A DNA stretch of 64,000 bases, taken from positions 17,410 through 81,409 of the forward strand of contig DATGXJ010000031.1 in NCBI GenBank assembly GCA_035299045.1. The letters are read 5' to 3'. Below are positions 1 to 9,800 of this stretch, piece by piece; the first letter of the stretch is position 1, and every line of letters starts with the position of its first letter. Under the pieces are notes generated by a model, which was not told where the DNA came from, did no database searches, and saw only the letters and a program-made list of their open reading frames with translations. The position numbers and the translations under genes were made by a program. The DNA comes from Flavipsychrobacter sp. Its GTDB lineage: Bacteria > Bacteroidota > Bacteroidia > Chitinophagales > Chitinophagaceae.

Positions 1-624
1 AAGGTTCACCAACAGGTTTTCCATCTCTACATAGTTGAGCGATGTGATAAACCCTTGCTGATGCAGCGTTTTTATATGTGCCGACTGCATGGCTATGAGT
101 TGCGCAGCACGGTTCTTTTTACTCAACACATAGGCTTCATCTTCTGCAGAAAGGTATTTCTTTAGTTCTTCTTCAAGCGTTGTTTGTTCTTCGGGCACGG
201 TGAAGTACTTCTTGTATTCTTTGTTGTATGGCTTCACCATATTCTCCCAACTGCGTGGCTCGCGCAGCTGATAACGCAGTGCAGTGAGCCATGCAATATG
301 CCTGTAGATGAGGGTGCGCTGTGCATCTTTATCGCCCACAAAATCGCGCGACATGATGCCCCAGGAACGGCTGCTGTTTACAATAGCACCATATATCTGA
401 CGGGCTTCCCACAGCCTGTTGTAAGTCTGTGTATTTTTGAAACCTACAATGAAAGCTGCGGCTGTACCTATCATAGCAATTGGCACCCAGGGTATGGTGA
501 GCCAACTGCAGCCACCTACAGCATATAAGACGGTAGGCACTACGGCCATTATCAATAGCCTGTATATATCCCTCCTCGTCCACACGAGGAATTCGGTAAG
601 CGAATAATGATCTCCTGTATGCAT
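1..624 (-). CDS. Bestrophin/YneE-family (UPF0187) anion-channel-like membrane protein; partial, 3' end runs off the window
   Basis: Absent from the ORF track because there is no stop inside the window. Manual minus-strand translation from the ATG at 624-622 stays open to position 1: MHTGDHYSLTEFLVWTRRDIYRLLIMAVVPTVLYAVGG...IAMIGTAAAFIVGFKNTQTYNRLWEARQIYGAIVNSSRSWG... The FIVGFKNxxxYxRxWEAR segment after two TM helices resembles E. coli YneE (FLGFRNNAGYARYVEARKLWG). Confidence 0.75.
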   Translation of the reverse strand, partial: MHTGDHYSLTEFLVWTRRDIYRLLIMAVVPTVLYAVGGCSWLTIPWVPIAMIGTAAAFIVGFKNTQTYNRLWEARQIYGAIVNSSRSWGIMSRDFVGDKDAQRTLIYRHIAWLTALRYQLREPRSWENMVKPYNKEYKKYFTVPEEQTTLEEELKKYLSAEDEAYVLSKKNRAAQLIAMQSAHIKTLHQQGFITSLNYVEMENLLVNL

Positions 625-681
625 AATGGTTGCTATTACCAAAGTAATAATACAGAAGTATCAGTACATGTACAATAAGCT

Positions 682-1887
682 TTATTTATAAGCGTAATCG
701 CTGAGGTACTCGTAGTTAGGAGTAAGCTTGCCATCCTCGCAGATAGTAGCGCGGCGAATGATATCGCTGTTGCCACTCAGTAGCTCTTTCAGAATAAACT
801 TCTCGAAGTGCGCACCGAAATACTGTGAAGCATCGCGTGGCAGCTCGTTTGGCAGGTTATCTACCGCCATCACATCTATCACATCGCGCGTATTCAGAAA
901 CGGATTTACTTTCGCTAATGTTTTGCGATCTATACCATATACAGGGTCTGCAATGGTAGATGCACCAACGTTGATAGGCACAGAACCATCAATATCACAA
1001 GTGATATCTGCTATCACACTCACGCGCCAATCATTGCGCTGAATATCCTGTTTTTCGAACAGGCGAGCAATATCATTATCCCAATAGATACCGTTCATCA
1101 GGATATCTGTCTGCGGAATGTATTTTGAGAACAGACATTTATATGCATGTGGATTGGCGTGGAAGTCATCGCGCGAAAAAAGGTCGTTGTCTTTACGTGC
1201 ATAGAGGTCGCCACCTTTCAGGTGCGTATATACAGGGTAATCGTACTGGTGTGTAAGGAAGTCTTCAGGCTCTACAGATTCTATATCGAAATGCGTCATT
1301 ACCTCTACAATACCACTTGCCACTTTTCCCGAGCCTGTAACTACTATTTTGATATTGGGCAGCTTTACTTCTGAATAAGCATGCAGCAGGTCTGAGAAAC
1401 CATCTACATTGTGTGCTGCGGGCAAATCGTACAGCCCGAATTTTTGCCCATAGGTAAGCAGCCCGTTGTGTGCGCCTACAACACCTGCATAAAAACCAAA
1501 ACCGAGGATGCGCTGCTCATCAATATGTGTAAGGCATTCGTAATCTACCATGCGGATGCGCTTTTCTATGAGGGCGTGCATCAGCTTCTGGTTGTATGGC
1601 TGCTTCTTTTTGGTATGAGAGAAGAAGAAATAAGTCTTGCCGGGAATCAGGTCATCTACCCTTACCTCTTTGATACCGAGCAGCACATCGCAGTCACTCA
1701 GGTCGTGCTTCAGCTCTATACCGGCAGCCGCATAATAGGCATCGGGTATACACCTGTCGGGCGATGGTTCTACAACAATTTTCAAACCGGGGTGTTTCTG
1801 CATTATCTGGACACATTGCTCAGGTGTCAGGGCAACACGGGTGTCTGCGGGTGATTTCCTTTCGCGTATCAAGCCTATACGAATCAT
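682..1887 (-). CDS. AlaDH/PNT-family NAD(P) oxidoreductase (saccharopine/lysine-ketoglutarate dehydrogenase-like)
   Basis: ORF 682..1935 trimmed to the internal ATG at 1887 (MIRIGLIRERKSPADTRVALTP...), because a TATCTTTG -7 box lies at 1915-1908 inside the longer ORF. The N-terminal IGLIRE..D.RVALTP segment, LLGIKEV, and a VVTGSGKVASG dinucleotide-binding loop are typical of the AlaDH/PNT N-terminal plus NAD-binding domain family. Confidence 0.7.
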   Translation of the reverse strand: MIRIGLIRERKSPADTRVALTPEQCVQIMQKHPGLKIVVEPSPDRCIPDAYYAAAGIELKHDLSDCDVLLGIKEVRVDDLIPGKTYFFFSHTKKKQPYNQKLMHALIEKRIRMVDYECLTHIDEQRILGFGFYAGVVGAHNGLLTYGQKFGLYDLPAAHNVDGFSDLLHAYSEVKLPNIKIVVTGSGKVASGIVEVMTHFDIESVEPEDFLTHQYDYPVYTHLKGGDLYARKDNDLFSRDDFHANPHAYKCLFSKYIPQTDILMNGIYWDNDIARLFEKQDIQRNDWRVSVIADITCDIDGSVPINVGASTIADPVYGIDRKTLAKVNPFLNTRDVIDVMAVDNLPNELPRDASQYFGAHFEKFILKELLSGNSDIIRRATICEDGKLTPNYEYLSDYAYK

Positions 1888-1893
1888 CTTACT

Positions 1894-1901
1894 TACATTT
1901 G
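1894..1901 (+). promoter_or_regulatory. Bacteroidota-type -7 promoter box TACATTTG (consensus TAnnTTTG) for the hscB-like gene
   Basis: Exact match to TAnnTTTG, 33 nt upstream of the ATG at 1934. Confidence 0.4.
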
Positions 1902-1907
1902 TACACT

Positions 1908-1915
1908 CAAAGATA
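1908..1915 (-). promoter_or_regulatory. Bacteroidota-type -7 promoter box TATCTTTG (minus strand) for the AlaDH/PNT-family gene
   Basis: Plus strand reads CAAAGATA, which is TATCTTTG on the minus strand, about 21 nt upstream of the ATG at 1887. The same TATCTTTGCAC-type box precedes mdh and fbaB in this window. Confidence 0.4.
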
Positions 1916-1933
1916 AGATACTGATTTCGCCGC

Positions 1934-2464
1934 ATGGTTAACTATTTTGAATTATATGACATCCCTGTGAGTTTTGCACCTGACGCAGCAGTGGTAAAAA
2001 AGAAGTTTTACGAACTGAGCCGCAGGTATCACCCCGACCGCTTTACACTGGCGGGCGATGAGGAGCGTGCGGAAGTATTGCGCATGGCAGCATTGAATAA
2101 CGATGCCTATAAAGTATTGCAGAACACAGATGCTACGATGGCATATATTCTGAAAATGAATGAACTATTGGAAGATGAAGAGAAATATAACCTGCCGCCC
2201 GACTTCCTGATGGAGATGATGGACCTGAACGAAAGCATCAGCGAATATGAAATGGACCCCGAAAACGAAACCTATAAAAAAGATGCCCATAATATGCTGA
2301 ATGCCCAACTGGACGCATGGAAAGCGGATGTGGAACCATTGCTGGAACAATTTGAAAAAGGGAACACATCAAAAGAAATTCTACTGCAAATAAAAGATTA
2401 TTACTTCCGCAAAAAATATTTGTTGCGGATTTTAGAAAGAATAAATACATTTGCAACCCGCTGA
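1934..2464 (+). CDS. hscB: J-domain Fe-S cluster co-chaperone HscB-like protein
   Basis: 176 aa. N-terminal J domain with an HPD motif (LSRRYHPDRF) followed by a helical C-terminal half. Size and layout match HscB. Confidence 0.65.
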   Translation: MVNYFELYDIPVSFAPDAAVVKKKFYELSRRYHPDRFTLAGDEERAEVLRMAALNNDAYKVLQNTDATMAYILKMNELLEDEEKYNLPPDFLMEMMDLNESISEYEMDPENETYKKDAHNMLNAQLDAWKADVEPLLEQFEKGNTSKEILLQIKDYYFRKKYLLRILERINTFATR

Positions 2465-2472
2465 ACAAGCAC

Positions 2473-2556
2473 GCCCAGATGGCGGAATTGGTAGACGCGC
2501 TAGACTCAAAATCTGGTTTCAGCAATGGAGTGCAGGTTCGATTCCTGTTCTGGGCA
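2473..2556 (+). tRNA. tRNA-Leu (anticodon CAA)
   Basis: Cloverleaf folded by hand: acceptor GCCCAGA/TCTGGGC, anticodon loop CTCAAAA (CAA), long variable arm typical of Leu, T-arm GCAGG-TTCGATT-CCTGT, discriminator A. CCA is not encoded. Confidence 0.9.
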
Positions 2557-2571
2557 CTGAAGTCCTGAAAT

Positions 2572-2601
2572 ACCCGCTCAATGAGCGGGTATTTTGTTTT
2601 T
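2572..2601 (+). terminator. Rho-independent terminator after tRNA-Leu
   Basis: ACCCGCTC-AAT-GAGCGGGT hairpin followed by ATTTTGTTTTT. Confidence 0.6.
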
Positions 2602-2758
2602 AGATAGTTTAGTCTTCAACAATCTGTTTAGTAGTTATCTGCGTATTTGACTTAAGTCAACTAATGGGTGTTATCAATGTTATATCATTGCATCGCTAAT
2701 TAAACAACCATATCACCCATTCAATACCGAGGCAATAACAAGTACACAAAACACTAAA

Positions 2759-3160
2759 ATGAGCGTAGAAAAGACAATAAACTATCTGACAGGCAAACCG
2801 CGAATAATGCTATTGATTGATGCTATTGGTGCACTTACCACGTCATTAATGCTGGGCATTGTATTGGCAAAAAATGTAGACCTGTTTGGCATGCCCACAG
2901 ACGTATTGCAACCACTGTCAGCCGTTGCCGCATGCTTTGCTGTATATTCATTTTGCGGTTACCTATTTGCAAAGAAGTATAAATTGTACATCCGTATAAT
3001 AGCTTTGGCAAACCTCAGCTACTGTATTGCAAGTGCGGCATTAACAATAATAAACAGGCATACACTTACAAGTTTGGGCATAGCGCATTTCATTGGGGAG
3101 ATCATTATTATACTGTCAATATTCTATATAGAATGGCGTGTTGCAAATAATGTGAACTGA
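2759..3160 (+). CDS. Hypothetical small integral membrane protein (about 4 TM segments)
   Basis: 133-aa ORF with four hydrophobic stretches (LLIDAIGALTTSLMLGIVLA, LSAVAACFAVYSFCGYLF, IIALANLSYCIASAALTII, IAHFIGEIIIILSIFYI). No recognisable family. Confidence 0.5.
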   Translation: MSVEKTINYLTGKPRIMLLIDAIGALTTSLMLGIVLAKNVDLFGMPTDVLQPLSAVAACFAVYSFCGYLFAKKYKLYIRIIALANLSYCIASAALTIINRHTLTSLGIAHFIGEIIIILSIFYIEWRVANNVN

Positions 3161-3172
3161 CAGATATAACAA

Positions 3173-3206
3173 ACGCATCCCGATATGGGATGCGTCGCTT
3201 TGTTTT
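3173..3206. terminator. Bidirectional hairpin terminator between convergent genes
   Basis: ACGCATCCC-GATAT-GGGATGCGT hairpin with T-rich flanks on both strands. Confidence 0.5.
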
Positions 3207-3217
3207 AGAACCCTGCA

Positions 3218-3790
3218 CTATTTTACAGCACTATACACTTTATCGTCCTGCTTTATCAGCTGACGATATGATGCATCGAAGTATGCTTTTTGCTCATATT
3301 GTCCGTTCATGTCTTTTCCCGTAAACATTACTTCCAATACATTATCGGGTGATAAAGACAATGCTTTGCCATCGCAATACACATCGTATGCCTTGGTGCT
3401 GATATCGTATCTCCACGTCATATATTGCACATTGCCACGGTATATATCTTTTGTAGTGAAATAGATTTTGCCACCTTTAGTATCGGGTATCATATTTACT
3501 ACAAATTTCACAACATAGCCTGTCTCACTCTTCATTCCCACACTCACAACATCAGTCGTTTTTTTAGTATTCACATCGTAGACCTTTATTGCACCGTCAC
3601 CATCTTTACTGATGAAATAAATCTTTTGTTGATAGTCCATAACAGAAGCTGCATCCGTATTATTTGATACGGTTGTCTTTGCATCATTCTGCAAAACAGT
3701 AATACTGCTACCCTCTTTTTGCAATTGATAAGACTGTGCATTTGCATCGGCAAACAGCATTACCATAATAACAACTACTAATTGTTTCAT
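3218..3790 (-). CDS. Hypothetical secreted protein (signal peptide), immediately downstream of the giant adhesin gene
   Basis: ORF 3218..3862 trimmed to MKQLVVVIMVMLFADANAQ (ATG at 3790), since the longer form overlaps the stop of the upstream gene (3808). It has a signal peptide ending ANAQ and no known motif. It is not PorP/SprF-like. Confidence 0.55.
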   Translation of the reverse strand: MKQLVVVIMVMLFADANAQSYQLQKEGSSITVLQNDAKTTVSNNTDAASVMDYQQKIYFISKDGDGAIKVYDVNTKKTTDVVSVGMKSETGYVVKFVVNMIPDTKGGKIYFTTKDIYRGNVQYMTWRYDISTKAYDVYCDGKALSLSPDNVLEVMFTGKDMNGQYEQKAYFDASYRQLIKQDDKVYSAVK

Positions 3791-3807
3791 ACAAGCTTTT
3801 TGTTTGA

Positions 3808-6800
3808 TTAACGAATCAGAGAAATATCTCCTTTTATAACGATTCTCTCTCCCGTTATACATCTCGTTTCTATTATATACACAAACACATCAGGTGTCAG
3901 CGCTTTTCCTTTAAAAGTACCGTCCCAACCTTTGCTTGGGTCGTTCACAGGTATATTATACGCCTCAAATACTCTTTCACCCCAGCGATTAAACACCAGC
4001 ATTTTATCTACGATAATCCCACCTTTCGATATTGGCCAGAACATATCATTAGCCCCGTCTCCATTCGGAGTAAACGTATTTGGTAATGAAATGATAGATT
4101 CATCGCACTTTACATTGATAGCTATGTCATCCGTTGCCTTGCACTGCTCGCCGTTATATACTACCACTTTGTACACTATCGATTTATCTACAATAGCAAC
4201 AGGATTGTAGCAATCAACACAGCTGAGCCCTGTTGGTGGCAGCCACTCTATCTTATTAACATTCGATGTTTTTGCATTCAGCTTGAAAGACGCACCTACA
4301 ACACCATCAAGATCAGGCCCTAAGTCTACAAATGGTTTTGCACGTACGGTTACGTTCTGATACAAGGTATCTGTATAACATTCATTCTGCTTTATGATAG
4401 CCATGTATCGCGTTGTTTGCGCTGGGGTAGCAACAGGCGCACTACTCTTATTATCATTCAATGATTGTACTGGGAACCAAGTGTATTCCTTACCACCGTC
4501 GGCATGCAATTGCGCCTGATCGCCCTCGCATATTTCAAGGTCTGCACCAACATCCATCTTGCGTTTAGGGATGATAGACACCATTGTTCCTGCAGTATCG
4601 CGGCAATTGTTGGTATCAACACCCACAACATAATATCTCGTATTAACTACGGGGCTTGCTACAGGGTCTGCACAATTGAGGCAAGACAATGTAGTCTCAG
4701 CAAACCAATTATATGTTTTTGCACCCGTAGCTATCAACTGTACTTTGCTGCCCGGACATACTTCAGTATCCGGTAATGTACCCAACTGCAATTGCGGGAA
4801 GTTGAGTACAGTAACATTTTCATTTACAGAACAACCTGTAGCATCTGTCACCCTTACACTATATGTACCACCTGCAAGGCCAGTAGCCAAAGTAGTAGTA
4901 AATGCAGGAGTAGTATTCCACAAATAAGTATATGGTGCAACACCGCCTGAAGTTGCTTTGATAACAGCAGAACCTGAAGAAGTACCAACACATGTTTTAT
5001 CAAGTGGCTCAACGGTTACCTTTATCTTAATAGGTTCTGTAATGCTCACCGTATCAGTGGCAGTACAACCGTTTTGATCAGTTATAGTCAGTGTATAAAA
5101 CCCTGCAGCAATTGCGGTAGCAGAAGGTGTAGTTTGTACAGGGCTCGTGTTCCAACTATAGGTATAGGGCGATGCGCCACCCGTTGCGCTACCTGTTGCA
5201 GTGCCATCGCTGTTACCATTACACAGTGCATCTGTTTTACCGGCTATACTAGCTATCAGTTGTGCAGGTTGCGATATACTAAGTTGTGCCGTATCCGTAC
5301 AACCTTTATTATCTGTTACCGTTACAACATACGCACCTGCGCGCAGCGTGTTTGCAGTAGCTGAAGATTGTATCGGCGCCGTATTCCATGAATAAGTATA
5401 TGGAGATGTACCGCCTGTTGCAGTGGCCGTAGCCTGTCCGTTGTTGCCATTAAAACAAGCGACATCGGTTTTGCTTGTTATTGTTGCATTCAATGCTGTT
5501 GGCTGATTGATAGTAACCATTGCCGTATCAGTACAGCCATTAGCATCCGTAACGGTTGCAATGTATGCGCCTGCCGGCAACGATGTAGCAACTGCGTTAG
5601 ATTGCACCGGACTTGCATTCCAACTGTATGCATATGGCAGTGTCCCACCTGAAGCAGCTACTGTAGCACTACCATTTGTGTAACCATGACAACTAACATC
5701 TTGTTTTTGTGTAATACCCGCATTCAGCAAAGCCGGTTGCGATATGCTTACAACTGCTGTATCGCTGCAGCCGTTGGCATCTGTTACAGTTGCTATATAT
5801 ATACCTGCAGGCAATGCGGTTGCTGTGGGTGTAGCTTGCGCAGGCATAGTATTCCATGTATAAGTATATGGCGTAGTACCACCTGTCGTTGCTACTGTAG
5901 CAGCACCATTACTCAGACCGTTACAACTAACATTTATCTTGCTGCTGATTGATGCATTCAACTGTGCGGGATGTGAAATATTTACCGTTGCAATGGCAGA
6001 ACAACCTTTGGCATCTGTAACCGTTACCTGATAAGTACCTGCAGACAAACCTGTAACAGATTGTGTTGTTTTAACAGGAGATGTATTCCATGAATAAGTA
6101 TATGGCAGGTTGCCACCAGTAGCATTTACAGCAGCACTACCATTGTTACCACCAAAACAAGTAGCATTTGCATAAGCAGAGATGCTTGCCGTAAGTACTG
6201 CGGGTTGCTGTATTACTGCTACGGCAGTATCAGAACATCCCATAGCATCTGTAACAGTAGCTGTATAAGTACCCGCAGCTAAAGACGTGGCCGTAGCACC
6301 TGTTTGCACAGGGTTTGTATTCCATATGTATGTATATGGCGTAGTACCACCTGTGATAACAACAGATGCTGCGCCGTTAGCACCACCGTTACAACTCACG
6401 TTCGTTACGCTACCAATGTTGGCATTCAATGCACCGGGCTGAGATATTACAACTGCAAGTGTATCGGTACAACCCGCGCTATCAGTAACTACTGCCATAT
6501 AACCACCTGATGCCAATGATGTTGCTGTTGTGCTTGTTTGTGCAGGTGTGGTATTCCACCAATAGGTATATGGCGACGTGCCGCCTGTAGCTGCTATAGT
6601 TGCAGTACCATTGTTTATACCATTACAACTTGCATTGGTTTTAGACACCAATGATAAATTAAGTTGAGTCGGTTGCGTGATTGCTACAGATGTTGTAGAT
6701 GTACAACCTTTGGCATCTGTAACCACAACTGTATAAGTACCCGCAGACAAACCGATTGCCGTAGCAGTTGTTTGTGCAGGAGATGTATTCCAGACATATG

Positions 6801-9800
6801 TATATGGTGCTGTACCACCTGTTGCCGATACGGTAGCTGTACCATTATTGCCACCAAAGCAACTGACATTGGTGTGTGCTGTAACAGCAGCATTCAAAAC
6901 AGGCGGTTGTGTAATGGTAATATTTGCAGTATCAGTACAACCAAGCGCATCTGTTACGGTTGCCACAAAACTACCAACGGGCAATGCGGTAGCTATAGCA
7001 GATGTTTGCACCGGAGAGGTATTCCATGAATAAGTATATGGCAATGTGCCACCCGTAGCACTAACAGTTGCTGTACCATTGCTGCCGCCAAAGCAACTGA
7101 TGTTTGTTGCAGCACTAATATTTGCATTCAATACTGCGGGCTGTGCTATCACTACCAATGCAGTATCGTTACAACCACCTGCATCTGTTACTGTTGCAAT
7201 ATATGTACCCGCTGCAAGGCCGCTTGCTGTTGCTGTGGTTTGTACAGGTGCAGTATTCCAGCTATAAGTATATGGAGATGTACCACCTGCCACACTTACC
7301 GTGGCACTACCGTTAGCTTCGCCAAAACATCTTGTATTTGTTTTGCTGCCGATGCCTGCATTCAGCGCATACGGCTGCAATATGACTACGGCTAATGTGT
7401 CTTTACACCCTGCACTGTCTGTAGCAACGGCTATATAGTTGCCTGCGGCAAGTGCTGTTGCAGATGCACTTGTTTGTGCAGGTGTGGTGTTCCACCAATA
7501 TGTATAGGGCGATGTGCCGCCTGTAGCCGCAACAGTAGCTGCACCATTATTTATACCATTACAAGTTGCATCGGTCTTTGAACTCAATACAAGGCTGACT
7601 TTTGTTGGCTGCGATATTGTAACCGTAGCTATAGCCATACAGCCTTTCGCATCTGTTACTGTCACCGTATAAGCACCAGCTGCCAATGCAGTAGCCGTAA
7701 TACCTGTTTGTGCGGGAGACGTATTCCAGCTATAGGTATATGGTGCTGTACCACCTGACACAGAAGCTGTTGCAGTACCGTTATTGCCACCAAAGCAGCT
7801 CACGTTTGTATGCGATGGTATTGCAGCACTCAGCACATTTGGTTGTGTGATGGTAACAAGCGCTGTATCTATACACCCCACTGTATCTGTAACAGTTACT
7901 ATATAGCTGCCCGCACTGAGCGTAGTTGCCGTAGCAGTAGTTTGAACAGGCGATGTAGTCCATGAATATGTATATGGAGACGTACCACCCGACACTGTAG
8001 TAGTTGCGGTACCATTACTACCACCAAAGCAACTGACATTGGTACTGCTGCCAATGCTTGCATTCAATACCGCAGGTTGTGTTATTACTACCAGTGCAGT
8101 ATCGGTACAGCCTTTACTGTCTGTTACCGTTGCAATAAATGTACCCGCTCCCATTGCCACTGTAGCAGTCGTTTTCACAGGTGTGGTATTCCACGAATAA
8201 GTATATGGAGATGTACCGCCTGTGACACTCACTGTAGCGTTACCACTCTGCTCACCAAAACAGCGCACATTGTTACTGCTGCTAATGCTCGCATTCAGTA
8301 CTGCAGGTTGTGTAATGACAACTACTGCTGTATCCGTACAACCTTTGGCATCTGTTACTGTGGCTATGTATGTACCTGCAGCAAGGTTGCTTGCAGCGGC
8401 TGTAGTTTGTACAGGAGATGTATTCCAGCTATAGGTATATGGTGTTGTACCGCCCGTTACATTCAGCGATGCGGTGCCGTTGTTTCCGCCAAAGCAATTC
8501 ACATTGGCAGATGCTGCTATTGACGCGTTCAGCACAGTAGGCTGTGTGATGACAGCCAATGCTGTATCTGTACAACCCAAAGTATCTGTTACCGTCACTA
8601 TGTAGCTACCTGCATTCAAGCCCGATGCGGTGGAAGTAGTTTGTACTGGCGATGTATTCCAACTATAAGTATATGGTGATGTACCACTTGTTGCTGTAAC
8701 AGTAGCGCTACCTGTTGCCGTGCCAAAACAACTGACATTGGTAATGGCTGTAATAGAAGCGTTGAGTTGCGAAGGCTGTGTTATTACTGCCAGAGCCGTA
8801 TCGATACAACCCAGTGTATCTGTTACAGTAACAGTATATGTACCCGCAGGCAGCGATGTAGCTGTGACTGTTGTTTGCACTGTACTGCTGTTCCAGCTAT
8901 AGGTGTAGGGCGATGTACCTCCTGATACACTGACTGTCGCATTACCATTATTGCCACCAAAGCAACTCACATTCGTTTTTGAAGCCAGTGATGCATTCAA
9001 TACGGTTGGCTGTGTAATGGTAACATTTGCCGTATCAATACAACCTTTACTATCTGTAACTGTAACTATGTAACTACCTGCTCCAAGCCCGGTGGCTGTA
9101 GCTGTTGTCTTTACAGGCGTTGTATTCCAACTATAAGTATATGGTGCAGTACCTCCTGATACACTTACCGTTGCGCTACCGTTAGTACCGTTATAACAAC
9201 TCACATTTACCCTGCTTGCGATGGAAGCATTCAGCAAAGTGGGCTGTGTTATTACCGAAGTATCTCTTACCACACAACCTGCATTATCCGTCATGGTAAG
9301 TATATAAGTACCTGCAGATAATCCGTTGATGGCTGCTGTAGTCCTTACGGGAGATGTATTCCAGCTATACGTATATGGCGTAAAGCCACCCGATGGTGTA
9401 GCCGTAAGTGTACCGTTAGCACCACCAAAACAAGACACATGCTGCCTGGCAACTACTACCTGCGGATTGCTGACGGTTAAGACAACAGTATCGTTTTTCG
9501 TACAGCCGTTTGCATCAGTTGCCGTAACATAATATGTGGTTGTTGTAAGTGGTGTAGCAACTGGATTGGCACAAGTAGAACAACTGAGCGCAGTTGTCGG
9601 TGTCCAGTTGTATGTAATAGGCGTGGCACTTGCAGTAGCATTTGCATTCAGTTGTATGCTGCTACCCCTGCATATAGTAGTATCTCTTGTAGCGTTTACT
9701 GCCAGATTATTAATGGTAACCTTGGTATATAATGTATCAGGACAACCGAAGCCGGTATAAGGTGTAAGAATGACTGCGTATGTTTTGGTTGTAGTAGGCC

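Noticed and set aside
184-583. ORFs 184-528 (+) and 329-583 (-)
   Set aside because: Both overlap the open minus-strand frame 1-624, which has a recognisable bestrophin-like sequence. Neither of the two has recognisable features.
682-1935. Long N-terminal extensions in the ORF track (for example 682-1935, 19480-20724, 20931-21638, 35132-36064, 22006-24177)
   Set aside because: The internal ATGs give canonical protein N termini or signal peptides. The extensions overlap neighbouring genes, promoters or terminators, so shorter starts were used.
4801-9465. Regularly spaced repeats as a possible CRISPR array
   Set aside because: The period is ~234 bp, with no unique spacers. The repeats are in-frame coding units of one ORF.
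3932-9760. About 25 plus-strand ORFs of 60-148 aa tiled across the giant adhesin gene
   Set aside because: They are antisense to a continuous 2260-codon ORF with clear domain structure. They are Cys/Thr/Ile-rich low-complexity mirror images of the tandem repeat, and they recur with the repeat period.
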